Assembly: GCA_041663045.1 (NCBI GenBank)
Contig: JBAZRH010000001.1
Coordinates: 276,403 to 340,402 of the forward strand
Reading direction: 5' to 3'
From: Minisyncoccota bacterium
GTDB taxonomy: Bacteria > Patescibacteriota > Minisyncoccia > Phycocordibacterales > GWA1-40-21
DNA: 64,000 bases
A program made the position numbers and the translations under genes. Under the pieces are notes generated by a model that made no database searches, was not told the origin of the DNA, and saw nothing but the letters and a program-made list of their open reading frames with translations. Positions 1-9,485 of this stretch are shown in pieces. Each line of letters opens with the position of its first letter. The stretch's first letter is position 1.

Positions 1-410
1 GTGGTGGTAGATACGACGATTTGCTCGATATATTCGGCAAAGAGAAAGTGCCGGCAGTCGGCTTTGGTATGGGAGACGTGGTGATCCGAGATGTATTGGA
101 AACATTTAAGCTTTTGCCAGAAATAAAAGCTGTCGCCGATTTATATATCTGCACATTCAATGATGATTCTATCGGCTATGCACAAGACTTGGCACAGAAA
201 TTGAGAAATAGCGGTCTCAAGGTTTCCGTAGATTATTCAAATAAAAAAGTTGGTGATCAAATAAAATACGCGGATAAAAATAAAATCCCTTATATTGTTT
301 GTATTGGAGATGAGGAAGTAAAGACTGGTAAATTGAAATTGAAAGAGCTAAAAACCGGAAACGAAGTCCAAACAACTGATTCTGATATTACCAAGGAAAT
401 GAAAAGATAA
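1..410 (+). CDS. hisS: Histidyl-tRNA synthetase, C-terminal part (5' end lies outside the window)
   Basis: Translation in the frame starting at nt 3 gives GGRYDDLLDIFGKEKVPAVGFGMGD, the class II aaRS motif 3 of HisRS, followed by an alpha/beta anticodon-binding domain. Confidence 0.8.
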   Translation, partial: GGRYDDLLDIFGKEKVPAVGFGMGDVVIRDVLETFKLLPEIKAVADLYICTFNDDSIGYAQDLAQKLRNSGLKVSVDYSNKKVGDQIKYADKNKIPYIVCIGDEEVKTGKLKLKELKTGNEVQTTDSDITKEMKR

Positions 411-417
411 TTAAATT

Positions 418-810
418 ATGATAATTGATCATGCAAACCTTTGGAAAGAAGGAAAATATATTGATATGTGGTCTGTCCCCCACGTCTTATGCGGGGTTAT
501 CTTTGCAGGCATATTAAATTGGCTTGGAATTGGTTTTTTGTCGAACCTAATCCTTTCTACGATAATAATGATCGGTTGGGAATTTTTTGAACTCTACGTT
601 TTAAATGTCCATGAATATATAACAAATAAAATAATGGATGTCGTAACAGGGCTTATCGGTTTTTTTATTATGTATTCATCAATATCAAGATATGGTATAA
701 AAGCTATGCTTCCTTGGCTAATAGTTACCATAATAATCTGGCTTATCTTGAATTATTGGGGTTTTTACGCCCACAAGACAAGAGTTGATAGTGAAAATAT
801 TGTATCATGA
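418..810 (+). CDS. Small polytopic membrane protein, function unknown
   Basis: 130 aa ORF with three to four hydrophobic helices. Its ATGA overlaps the next gene. Confidence 0.5.
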   Translation: MIIDHANLWKEGKYIDMWSVPHVLCGVIFAGILNWLGIGFLSNLILSTIIMIGWEFFELYVLNVHEYITNKIMDVVTGLIGFFIMYSSISRYGIKAMLPWLIVTIIIWLILNYWGFYAHKTRVDSENIVS

Positions 811-1379
811 GAAAAATAGTCTTTGACATTGAAACAGATGGAATAATCACAACCGTCGGCACAAAACAGGTCTTCCCAAATATGTATGTGGTTTGTATTT
901 ACGATTCATTGACCGACAAGTTTTCTAGCTATACAAAGGAGCAACTCAAAGATCTTTGGCCGATTTTGGAAAAAGCAGATCTGCTTATCGGCTACAATAG
1001 TGACAGTTTTGATATACCCATACTGAATAAATATTATTCCGGAGATTTGACCAAAATCGCAAGTCTGGATCTGCTTTCGGAGATCAAAAAGTCTATCGGC
1101 AGAAGAATCAAGCTCGATAATGTCGCTGAAGCGACACTCGGTAGAAATAAAACTGCTCACGGACTTCAAGCGACAGAGTGGTGGAAACAAGGCAAATATC
1201 AAGATGTTATAGACTATTGTATTGAAGATGTGAGAATTACAAAAGATATTTACGAATTTGCTCTGAAAAATGGTTTTCTAAAATACAAAGATATTAAGGA
1301 TATAAAAGAGATAAAGCTCGACACTTCAAAATGGCATGATAAGAAAGACTCCGCACTGACTTTTACATTGCCATTTTAA
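807..1379 (+). CDS. DEDD-family 3'-5' exonuclease (DnaQ-like / RNase H-like fold)
   Basis: Exo I motif FDIETDG, Exo II motif YNSDSFDIPIL and Exo III motif YCIEDV are present. Confidence 0.7.
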   Translation: MRKIVFDIETDGIITTVGTKQVFPNMYVVCIYDSLTDKFSSYTKEQLKDLWPILEKADLLIGYNSDSFDIPILNKYYSGDLTKIASLDLLSEIKKSIGRRIKLDNVAEATLGRNKTAHGLQATEWWKQGKYQDVIDYCIEDVRITKDIYEFALKNGFLKYKDIKDIKEIKLDTSKWHDKKDSALTFTLPF

Positions 1380-1404
1380 TGCTACTGTGCCATCCGGTGA
1401 ACGA

Positions 1405-1572
1405 AAACTTGCCTAAAATTTTTGCTAGGGGTGGCAACCTGTTCTTTTTGAAAAGACTTGGGAGGAGTGGCTGACGACGGACAGAGAAAAACTTTAGCAA
1501 AAGTTTTTCGTGCTTTTCAAAAAGAATAGGTTGACAGGACCCCGAGAAAATTTTAGGCAAGTCCGAGTGAGC
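1405..1572. repeat. Long imperfect palindromic intergenic repeat, family C copy 3
   Basis: Outer arms ttgcctaaaattt / aaattttaggcaa and inner arms aacctgttctttttgaaaag / cttttcaaaaagaa. It is about 70% identical to the 25030-25207 element and ends in the motif gtccgagtgagc. Confidence 0.7.
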
Positions 1573-1574
1573 TT

Positions 1575-2570
1575 TTATTTAAGATATTTCTCCTTATTAG
1601 CCACATGCCCATCGTGCGTGACTGCATAATGCATAATGCCACTGCTATCAGCTAAGAAATATAAATACGGGGTCTTAATCGGAGTAATGGCGGCCTGTAT
1701 TGCCAAAAGTCCTGGATTTGAAATAGGGGTTGGTGGAAGACCTTTATTGGTATAAGAGTTATATGGTGAATCTATTTTTAAATCATCAAGTGTTAGCATC
1801 TTTGATGTCTTGCCATTTATATATTTAAAAGACACATCAACCTGTAAAGGCATTCCGAGAGAAATTCTCCTCCACAAAATACCAGCTATGGTGCGACGTG
1901 TTTCTATAGTCCTAGCTTCCCCTTCAAGAATAGATGCCATTTTGACGACATCAGAAAGCGGTTTACCGAAAGATTTAATCTCGGTATTAAGTGCTTTAAT
2001 CTTTTCATCGAAGTTTTCTATCATCATATCGACTACCTTATTTTCTTTCGTACCGGGAGCTATAAGATATGTGTCGGGGAAAAGATACCCTTCATATTTT
2101 GTAGCATATTTCAAGAATTCTTTTTTATCAAAAGTCTGTAAATTCTTATAAAGCAAGTCTGCTACTTGATAATTATTTAATCCTTCCGGAATAGTTATCC
2201 TCATTGGAGATATTTTTGTATCTCCATGTGCGAATCTCCACGCTAAAGCCACAACGTTTTGTGCATTCGGCATTGCATAATCCCCCTCTAGAATCCTAGA
2301 ATTACCTGAAATGACAAATACTAGCCCTTTAAATAAAAATTCTGATTTTATAATATGCTTCGAAGATAAATCGCTTGCAAGAGAAGAAAGTGTTTGCCCA
2401 ACCTTGAGGTCATAGATTAAACCTTTAGGAAAATCCCTCGGCGAAGAAAGAAAAGATATGTAAAAGATTATAAAAAAAAGAGCCACAACAGATCCAGTCA
2501 GAAATACAAGACGCCTCTTCAAGAGAGGGTCTTTGTAAAGTTTTATTTCTCTTAGAAAATCGTAATGCAT
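1575..2570 (-). CDS. mltG: Endolytic murein transglycosylase MltG (YceG family)
   Basis: N-terminal TM helix followed by the YceG-like domain, with the C-terminal motif YNSYTNKGLPPTPISNPG. Confidence 0.8.
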   Translation of the reverse strand: MHYDFLREIKLYKDPLLKRRLVFLTGSVVALFFIIFYISFLSSPRDFPKGLIYDLKVGQTLSSLASDLSSKHIIKSEFLFKGLVFVISGNSRILEGDYAMPNAQNVVALAWRFAHGDTKISPMRITIPEGLNNYQVADLLYKNLQTFDKKEFLKYATKYEGYLFPDTYLIAPGTKENKVVDMMIENFDEKIKALNTEIKSFGKPLSDVVKMASILEGEARTIETRRTIAGILWRRISLGMPLQVDVSFKYINGKTSKMLTLDDLKIDSPYNSYTNKGLPPTPISNPGLLAIQAAITPIKTPYLYFLADSSGIMHYAVTHDGHVANKEKYLK

Positions 2571-2572
2571 TT

Positions 2573-3853
2573 TTAAATCGGCAAGTTGGCTGGAGCTTCT
2601 GATTTCTTGGAAGGAACCCTAGTGAGTGTTGGTGTCTGCGAAACAATACCGCTTGGAAAATGAAACACTGTGGCGAGTTCTTCGGTGGTTAAGACAAAGG
2701 GCTTGGAACCACCGAGATGTTTATAAGGCCATTCAAAAAACGAACGAAGCTTGTATGCATGTAACAGATCTCTCTTTAATCGGCTTACTTTTCTGGCTTC
2801 CATAGCCTTTAGGAAAGGTAAAACAGTTAAGACATCCTTCCACACGTCACTTGTACCTGTATTATGACTTGTACCGAAACGATTTAAAAGATTTGAACCA
2901 TATTGCCTAAGACATCCTGTAAGACCACTAATATTTGCTGGGGTGAAAGAGGCTTTTTCTGCGATATAGACACTTCTTATCATACAATCAAAAGCCATTT
3001 TCCCTTTACTTCTCTCTAGAGCTGCAATTATTTCATTTTGACCCTTTGTAGGATTTGGAAATCTAAACTTATTTTCTTCATCTCCAGAGCCTTGCATAGC
3101 AGATTCTCTAACTTTCTTTATCTCTTTATCTATATCCTTTACCCACTCTCGTTCTTTCGTGAGCCTTCCATGAAAGAGTGTTTCTTCTTCATGCTTTTGA
3201 ATCAATATCTGCAACCAGGCGTATTCCCCTTTCTTTAAAGTACCCATATACTCAACAATCGGTGTCAAAGGGTCTATCTTGTATTCTTCCTCTTGATCTT
3301 TGTCTAAACCATAGTCAATGTAAGTTTTAATGGGATAAGCATCCGGTTTAGAAAGTCTATGTTGTCTTCCAAACATAGGGTACTTCTCTTCATCGAAAAA
3401 GACTTTATTAGTATAGTCTTCTTTTACCTCATATATTTCAATATTCGGATATTGCGCATAAAGCTGGGCTTCAATAATATTCTTAAATTTTGCTTGGCTC
3501 ATCCAAATATAGAAATGTACCGCCCCCCCCAAAGATACGATTTCACAACTAAAACAAGGTCTTGTTTTACCTTCTAAATAAGTCTGTGTAAGATTTTCAG
3601 ATCCTGCTCTTTGAAGGTATGTAAAAAAGATTTCCATAGCAGCGGGAGATTTCATAATTTCCTTAGGTAATTTGATCTCCAATAAACAGCTTTTCTGCTT
3701 TTCAATGAAGACTAATTTGATCCACCTAAATCGTAAAATCCAAAAAGCACAAAATAGCATAATGGGCATTGCTATAGGCAAGACAATAAGTATAACTTTA
3801 AAAGTTAGAGGGAAAAGTTTAGTACCTATGCCGTAAAAAAATGTGCTCCACAT
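2573..3853 (-). CDS. Membrane-anchored hypothetical protein (426 aa)
   Basis: Long ORF with an N-terminal TM helix, tightly linked upstream of mltG. I recognise no motif. Confidence 0.5.
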   Translation of the reverse strand: MWSTFFYGIGTKLFPLTFKVILIVLPIAMPIMLFCAFWILRFRWIKLVFIEKQKSCLLEIKLPKEIMKSPAAMEIFFTYLQRAGSENLTQTYLEGKTRPCFSCEIVSLGGAVHFYIWMSQAKFKNIIEAQLYAQYPNIEIYEVKEDYTNKVFFDEEKYPMFGRQHRLSKPDAYPIKTYIDYGLDKDQEEEYKIDPLTPIVEYMGTLKKGEYAWLQILIQKHEEETLFHGRLTKEREWVKDIDKEIKKVRESAMQGSGDEENKFRFPNPTKGQNEIIAALERSKGKMAFDCMIRSVYIAEKASFTPANISGLTGCLRQYGSNLLNRFGTSHNTGTSDVWKDVLTVLPFLKAMEARKVSRLKRDLLHAYKLRSFFEWPYKHLGGSKPFVLTTEELATVFHFPSGIVSQTPTLTRVPSKKSEAPANLPI

Positions 3854-3891
3854 TGTAAATATATTATAACAAAATATTAATACAAAAGAAA

Positions 3892-3930
3892 AGGGGGCGT
3901 CCGCCTGAAGCGGACGCCCCCTTTTCTTTT
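3892..3930. terminator. Bidirectional rho-independent terminator
   Basis: Hairpin gggggcgtccgc-ctgaag-gcggacgccccc flanked by A/T runs, lying between convergent genes. Confidence 0.8.
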
Positions 3931-3939
3931 AATTATCCT

Positions 3940-4974
3940 TTATTTTACTACCTCGTATTTTCCGTCTTTATTTTTCTTGAAATACTTCTTATTCTGCAGA
4001 TTGATAACTATCGTATTTTCCTTGACATATCTCTCTTTCAAAACTTTCTCTATAATCTCCTGCTTTGTAAGAGGGCCGCTTTTCTCCAGAATCTTCTTAA
4101 TAACATCTTTGACAACACCGCTCATATAACCCCATTCTGCAAGAGCATATAAACCTCTGCCTACAAGTACAAATCTAGGGTCTTTAATAAGTTCATTGTG
4201 AGTTGTGGCGACATGGGCTTTCTTATTAAATACTGTTGCTATGGCTTTTGCTACTTCTCTAAAGTGTATTGGTGAACCATGTTTCCTAATGACAAGATAT
4301 GCATAGTCTCTCATACCCTTTGTGCTAATATTTGGAGATTCTGATCTACCCCATTCACCCAAAGGGTTTTTTCCAACCTTCTTTGAAAGGGCAAGCCATC
4401 TTTTCGCGATTTCTTCTGATCTATATTGTTCAGCAACATCTTCCACATAACCCAAGAAAGATTTTATCATTTCTTGTTCTGTAACAAGTTCATTATCTTT
4501 CAAACTTTCATACAACTTCTTTAGAGAGTTGTGAATTTTATCTGCAAGTTGTTCGTCAATAAACCACCTGTGTTTAAAATCTTCGTCTTCCTTAATCTTC
4601 TTAAACGGATGTCCAACAACAAGAATAAAGTTCAAGTGGCTTTGAGTGCTTAGATCTTTCGAAACAAAATCGAGAAGATCTTGCTCCACAACTATTCCAC
4701 CGAGGTTATGAATAATCTTCTCTATTTCATCAAATGATGGTTTTTCGTCAGTATAGTTTTTAGATTTTCTTATGATGTTTAGAGCGTGATTTTCTATTTG
4801 TCTCACCCTTTCTCTTGTAATACCATAGGTCTTACCTATTGCATCTAGAGTCATCGGCTCAGGATTTTTCCCGAGACCATATCTCTTTGTAATAACGTCT
4901 CTTGATCTCTCTGGAAGAGCCAAAAGCAACTTCTTAGAAACCTGTTTCGGTTTAAAACTTATTGTTGTTGACAT
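3940..4974 (-). CDS. Sigma-70 region-4-like HTH protein with a C-terminal HARE-HTH-like winged helix
   Basis: RYGLGKNPEPMTLDAIGKTYGITRERVRQIENHAL is a region 4 HTH. The C-terminus (GSPIHFREVAKAI...YALAEWGY) resembles a HARE-HTH domain. The start is more likely the internal Met at 4974 than 5031. Confidence 0.6.
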   Translation of the reverse strand: MSTTISFKPKQVSKKLLLALPERSRDVITKRYGLGKNPEPMTLDAIGKTYGITRERVRQIENHALNIIRKSKNYTDEKPSFDEIEKIIHNLGGIVVEQDLLDFVSKDLSTQSHLNFILVVGHPFKKIKEDEDFKHRWFIDEQLADKIHNSLKKLYESLKDNELVTEQEMIKSFLGYVEDVAEQYRSEEIAKRWLALSKKVGKNPLGEWGRSESPNISTKGMRDYAYLVIRKHGSPIHFREVAKAIATVFNKKAHVATTHNELIKDPRFVLVGRGLYALAEWGYMSGVVKDVIKKILEKSGPLTKQEIIEKVLKERYVKENTIVINLQNKKYFKKNKDGKYEVVK

Positions 4975-5064
4975 GCTATTAATATTTATTAAAACTGATA
5001 TTGACGAATATCGTACAAAGCATACTATCACCGATGCAGAATAAAGTCAAATGGGTATTGACTT

Positions 5065-7935
5065 TTAAATTACAAAGTTGATTATTTTGTTTTTTACGAA
5101 GATAGTCTTCAGTATTTTCTGACCGGAGAGCCACTTGACTATATCTTGATTTGCTAATGCCTCCTTTCTAACATCTTCTTCGGAAACATCGCTTGACATG
5201 GGAAGCGTTGCTCGGACTTTACCATTTATTTGTACTACTATTTTCACTTTTGCTGATTTTATTTTGGCTTCATCATATTTTGGCCAAGGTTCCACTGCAA
5301 GAAGCTTTTTATTGCCAAGATTAGCCCATACTTCCTCGCACAAGTGCGGAGCAAATGGCGAAAGGATTTTGATAAAAGCCAGATAAGTTTCCTCATCAAT
5401 TTTTTCTTGAGCCTCTAAATGGTTTACAAATATCATCATCGCGGACACGGCGGTATTTGCATTAAACGATTCTATATCTTCCGTAACTTTTTTAATTGTC
5501 TTGTGTAAGAGTGATTGGGTGTCATTTGAATCAATAGTCTTGTCTGAGATTTTCTCCTGTAATTTCCAAACTCTTTCCAAAAATCTTCTTGAACCCACCA
5601 TACTATCTGTACTCCAAGAAATTTCCTGCTCAAAAGGCCCCATGAAGGATTCATAGATTCTCAAAGTATCGGCACCGACATTTTTCACTACTTCATCCGG
5701 ATTTACAACATTGCCATATCTCTTACCCATTTTCCTACCATCGGAACCAAGTATCATACCTTGATTGCGAAGCTGTTTGAAAGGTTCTTTTGTACTTACA
5801 ATACCGATATCATAAAGGAATTTATGCCAGAAACGAGCGTAGATAAGATGTCTTGTAGCATGCTCGGCCCCTCCAACATACATATCCACTGGAGACCAGT
5901 ATTTCTCTTTTTTGGGATCAATCAAAGCTTTACTATTCTTCGTATCCATATATCGGAGATAATACCAAGATGATCCTGCCCATTGAGGCATTGTATTTGT
6001 TTCCCTTTTCGCTTTTTCTCCGCATTTCGGACATTTTGTATTTACCCATTTTGAAATAGCAGCGAGAGGCGATTCTCCTGTGCCTGTCGGTTCATATGAC
6101 TTAACTTTTGGAAGCTTGAGTGGCAAATCTTTTTCTGGGACAGGGACAGCTCCGCATTTCTCACAATGCACCACGGGGATAGGCTCGCCCCAATATCTCT
6201 GTCTTGAGAAAACCCAATCTTGAAGTTTATAATTTTTCGTCATCTTTCCACCGGCAAATTCGGTAATCTCTTTCATTATTTCGGTATTTTTTTTGCCGTC
6301 AAATTTTCCAGAGTTTATCATCACGCCGTCATTTGTATAGGCTATATCTCCCTTTTCTAATCTCTCTAGCCAAATATCCATTTCTGCATGATTCAAAGTG
6401 CCGATAACTATATCTTTCACATTCATCCAAATCACTTCATGCTTTTCCTTCTCTTCCTCGGACATCTCATCTCTCTCTTCGTCTTTCAAATCAAAGCAAA
6501 TGGCGTTTGTATATGCAATTCTGTTTTCATCTTTATGCGCTGCAAAATATTCTGCACGGACTTGTCCACCCAAGACTTTTGGATTGACAAGGTTTTTATA
6601 ACCAGTCTCTTCCCAAGCCTCTCTTCTTGCTGCATCTATAATATTTTCACCTTCATCTACTCCTCCCATTGGAAAAGTCGTCCATGGTTGCTTTTTCCAT
6701 TTCAAGCAAATGATCTTACCGTCTTTAGGATTGCGAATAATTACATGCACGTTTCTCCTTTCAACACTTTTCTTTCCTGCGACTGGTGGATTTCTCTTAT
6801 CAATTCTCTCTGGGATAATCACCTCTTTTATCGGTAAATTATATTTCTTGGCAAAAGCAAAATCGCGGTCGTCGTGTGCGGGCACTGCCATCACGCAACC
6901 TGTACCATAGTTGGCTAAAACATAGTCTGCAATAAATACCGGCACTTTTTCGCCGTTGACTGGATTAATAGCTAATATTCCGCCGAGCTTCACGCCGGTC
7001 TTTTCTTTACCTTCGGCAGTTCTGTCTATTTCACTTTTATTTTTTATTTCTTTTCTGTATTTTTCTACTTCAGCCCAATTTGATATGTGAGATTTATATT
7101 CGTCTACTATCTTATGCTCTGGGGCAATGACGACATAAGATAAGCCAAATAAAGTGTCCGGTCTTGTTGTGAATACCTTTATTTCTCCGATCTCTTTCTT
7201 AAATCTTGAATCATGAATCTTGAATCCTATCTCTGAGCCTTCCGAACGCCCTATCCAATTCTTCTGAAGCTCTTTGATATGCGTAGGCCAATTCAGTGCA
7301 TCAAGATCGTCCAAAAGTCTATCGGCATAATCACGGATTTTGAGCACCCATTGTCGCATCGGTTTTTTTTCTATTGTCGTCCCGCATCTTTCACATTTAT
7401 CACCGTCCAGATCTTCATTTGCCAAACCGGTCTTACAAGATGGGCACCAATTTATCGGCTCATAACTTTCATAAGCCAAACCTTTTTTGAAAAGCTGTAA
7501 GAAAATCCATTGCGTCCATTTATAATACTTTGGATCAGTGGTATTTATCTCGCGAGACCAATCGTAATTCAAACCCATTATTGAAATCTGTTCTTTAAAT
7601 CTTTTTACATTTTTCTTTACGGCAATTTCGGGATTGATTTTCATCTTCATCGCGTACTGCTCCGCAGGCAAGCCAAAAGCGTCCCAGCCCATAGGGTGAA
7701 GCACATTAAAACCGTTCATCTTTTTGAATCTTGAGTAAATATCGGTAGCTATATATCCGCGAGGATGCCCAACATGAAGCCCTTCGCCAGATGGATATGG
7801 GAACATATCCAATACATAGAATTTCGGTTTATTCGAAGTATCTTCCGTCTTAAAGGTCTTTTTGTTTGCCCAAATTTTCTGCCATTTCTTTTCAATTTCT
7901 GAATGATTATAAATGTTTACCTTTTTTGATTTCAT
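5065..7935 (-). CDS. leuS: Leucyl-tRNA synthetase carrying an inserted Nudix hydrolase domain
   Basis: HVGH motif, TRPDT editing-domain motif, WVFSRQRYWG and a KMGKR (KMSKS-like) motif identify LeuRS. A roughly 140 aa insert (residues about 389-530) carries a perfect Nudix box, GGVDEGENIIDAARREAWEETGY. Confidence 0.9.
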   Translation of the reverse strand: MKSKKVNIYNHSEIEKKWQKIWANKKTFKTEDTSNKPKFYVLDMFPYPSGEGLHVGHPRGYIATDIYSRFKKMNGFNVLHPMGWDAFGLPAEQYAMKMKINPEIAVKKNVKRFKEQISIMGLNYDWSREINTTDPKYYKWTQWIFLQLFKKGLAYESYEPINWCPSCKTGLANEDLDGDKCERCGTTIEKKPMRQWVLKIRDYADRLLDDLDALNWPTHIKELQKNWIGRSEGSEIGFKIHDSRFKKEIGEIKVFTTRPDTLFGLSYVVIAPEHKIVDEYKSHISNWAEVEKYRKEIKNKSEIDRTAEGKEKTGVKLGGILAINPVNGEKVPVFIADYVLANYGTGCVMAVPAHDDRDFAFAKKYNLPIKEVIIPERIDKRNPPVAGKKSVERRNVHVIIRNPKDGKIICLKWKKQPWTTFPMGGVDEGENIIDAARREAWEETGYKNLVNPKVLGGQVRAEYFAAHKDENRIAYTNAICFDLKDEERDEMSEEEKEKHEVIWMNVKDIVIGTLNHAEMDIWLERLEKGDIAYTNDGVMINSGKFDGKKNTEIMKEITEFAGGKMTKNYKLQDWVFSRQRYWGEPIPVVHCEKCGAVPVPEKDLPLKLPKVKSYEPTGTGESPLAAISKWVNTKCPKCGEKAKRETNTMPQWAGSSWYYLRYMDTKNSKALIDPKKEKYWSPVDMYVGGAEHATRHLIYARFWHKFLYDIGIVSTKEPFKQLRNQGMILGSDGRKMGKRYGNVVNPDEVVKNVGADTLRIYESFMGPFEQEISWSTDSMVGSRRFLERVWKLQEKISDKTIDSNDTQSLLHKTIKKVTEDIESFNANTAVSAMMIFVNHLEAQEKIDEETYLAFIKILSPFAPHLCEEVWANLGNKKLLAVEPWPKYDEAKIKSAKVKIVVQINGKVRATLPMSSDVSEEDVRKEALANQDIVKWLSGQKILKTIFVKNKIINFVI

Positions 7936-8027
7936 CCTGAAATAATACAGTATAATATGATTTTACAAAAGTGCTTGACATTCCAAATATATTCTGTAAT
8001 ATTATAGATGGGAAGGAGTTCGTTGTT

Positions 8028-8204
8028 ATGAATGCAAATACACAAGAACTTGAGAATTTGTTCCGAGAAATCGCTGTGATACTCAGTACGAGTGTCGAGG
8101 CGGTAAAGGCTTTCTTTGCGGATGCAGAGAAAGTCAGTGATGAAGAATTGGTTAAATTGAAAAACAAAAGGAGGAAACGTCATGTACGAGATCACACTGC
8201 TTAG
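8028..8204 (+). CDS. Small hypothetical protein (58 aa)
   Basis: ATG preceded by GGAAGGAG. A TTGACA...TAATAT promoter lies upstream near 7973-8005. The C-terminus is basic. Confidence 0.4.
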   Translation: MNANTQELENLFREIAVILSTSVEAVKAFFADAEKVSDEELVKLKNKRRKRHVRDHTA

Positions 8205-8343
8205 GATCACAAAGTGGGGATTTGGATTCTTTGAAGTCGCCGAAGTAACGGAGGGGTCCAATAGGGCTTTCTTCTTTATATCAATCAACAGGGCGTACGG
8301 TCTTCAAGTCTGTCTCCTGTGGTTGAACAGGTATGAAAGATAG
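8182..8343 (+). CDS. Small hypothetical protein (53 aa), translationally coupled to the previous mini-ORF
   Basis: AAGGAGG sits 7 nt before the ATG. The ORF overlaps the 3' end of the upstream mini-ORF and is followed by a terminator. Confidence 0.4.
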   Translation: MYEITLLRITKWGFGFFEVAEVTEGSNRAFFFISINRAYGLQVCLLWLNRYER

Positions 8344-8350
8344 GCTGACT

Positions 8351-8386
8351 CAGCCGGCACAGATATAGTGCCGGCTGATTTTTATT
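8351..8386 (+). terminator. Rho-independent terminator
   Basis: cagccggcac-agatatag-gtgccggctg followed by TTTTTATT. Confidence 0.75.
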
Positions 8387-9440
8387 CCTCTATCTCCGGC
8401 TTCGATACCTCCAAAAGCTCAATATCCGATTCTTTTCCTGTAATTCTTACCACGTCTTTATCTATCTTTTTAAATTCTTTATTTGAATTATTGAAATGAT
8501 TTACAGTGGTCGCAAGAGCATTTCCAAGCTTGCCCTGATATTCTTCATAGCTTTTCAAATGTTTCTGTAAACCTTCCACATTTTTGCGAATCTCTTTTGC
8601 TGACTCCTCTATCTGCATCGCCTTGAGCCCTTGCAGAACGGTCTGCAGATATGCAAGGAATGATGTCGGCGAAACAATGATAACTTTATATTTATTGGCA
8701 GCTCTTTGTATCAGATTGTCCGTCTCTTCCGTTATCGCGCCTATCTTATTGACCAACAAATCATAATAAATCGCTTCATGCGGAATAAACATAAAAGCGA
8801 AGTCCATTGTCCCCTCTTTCGGACGAATATATTTTGAAGTCTCCTGAATACGCAATTTTAAATCATTTACAAAAGCCTTCTCCAATTTTTCTTTTTCTTG
8901 AGGATTCTGCTCCACGCTCAATTTATTATAATTTTCTAAAGAAAACTTTGAATCAACAGGAATTATTTTATCTTTTATAAAAACAGCTGCATCCACTATC
9001 TCGCCATTGGCAAATGCATATTGCATTTTATATTGTGTCGGCGCTAAAACATTTTGCAATAAAGTCTCCAAATAATATTCACCGAGAATTCCACGGTGCT
9101 TCGGATTCTTCAAAATATCCTGAAGCGATTGAAGCTGATCGGCAAAAGAGACAACTTGCTTATTAGTCTCATCTAGCTTGGTAAGACCCTGGGTAACATC
9201 GCGGATAAGCTTGGCTGACTCGCTGAATTGATTGCGGACTGATTCATTCATATGGCGGGTGGTCTCGCTCATCTTGGTATCTACTGTGCGATTGAGCTCA
9301 TTGATCTGCTCAAGGATAAGCTTGAGGCCAATATCTTCGCCTTTCTGCTCAACCTTGCCAGCACCTCTTATGGACACAATAAGCCAAACAAGTAGCGCGA
9401 TAATTATTACAAATAAGATAACTAAAATTGTTGATGGCAT
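8382..9440 (-). CDS. rmuC: DNA recombination protein RmuC
   Basis: N-terminal TM helix, a long coiled coil, and the RmuC C-terminal region (GEYYLETLL...IVDAAVFIKD...IPVDSKF). Confidence 0.8.
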   Translation of the reverse strand: MPSTILVILFVIIIALLVWLIVSIRGAGKVEQKGEDIGLKLILEQINELNRTVDTKMSETTRHMNESVRNQFSESAKLIRDVTQGLTKLDETNKQVVSFADQLQSLQDILKNPKHRGILGEYYLETLLQNVLAPTQYKMQYAFANGEIVDAAVFIKDKIIPVDSKFSLENYNKLSVEQNPQEKEKLEKAFVNDLKLRIQETSKYIRPKEGTMDFAFMFIPHEAIYYDLLVNKIGAITEETDNLIQRAANKYKVIIVSPTSFLAYLQTVLQGLKAMQIEESAKEIRKNVEGLQKHLKSYEEYQGKLGNALATTVNHFNNSNKEFKKIDKDVVRITGKESDIELLEVSKPEIEE

Positions 9441-9485
9441 ACAAGTATTATATCATTCGTGGCTAAAAATAAAAAATGTGATAAT

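Noticed and set aside
906-1202. Minus-strand ORF 906-1202 inside the exonuclease gene
   Set aside because: It is an antisense overlap with a well-supported DEDD exonuclease CDS and has no independent signals.
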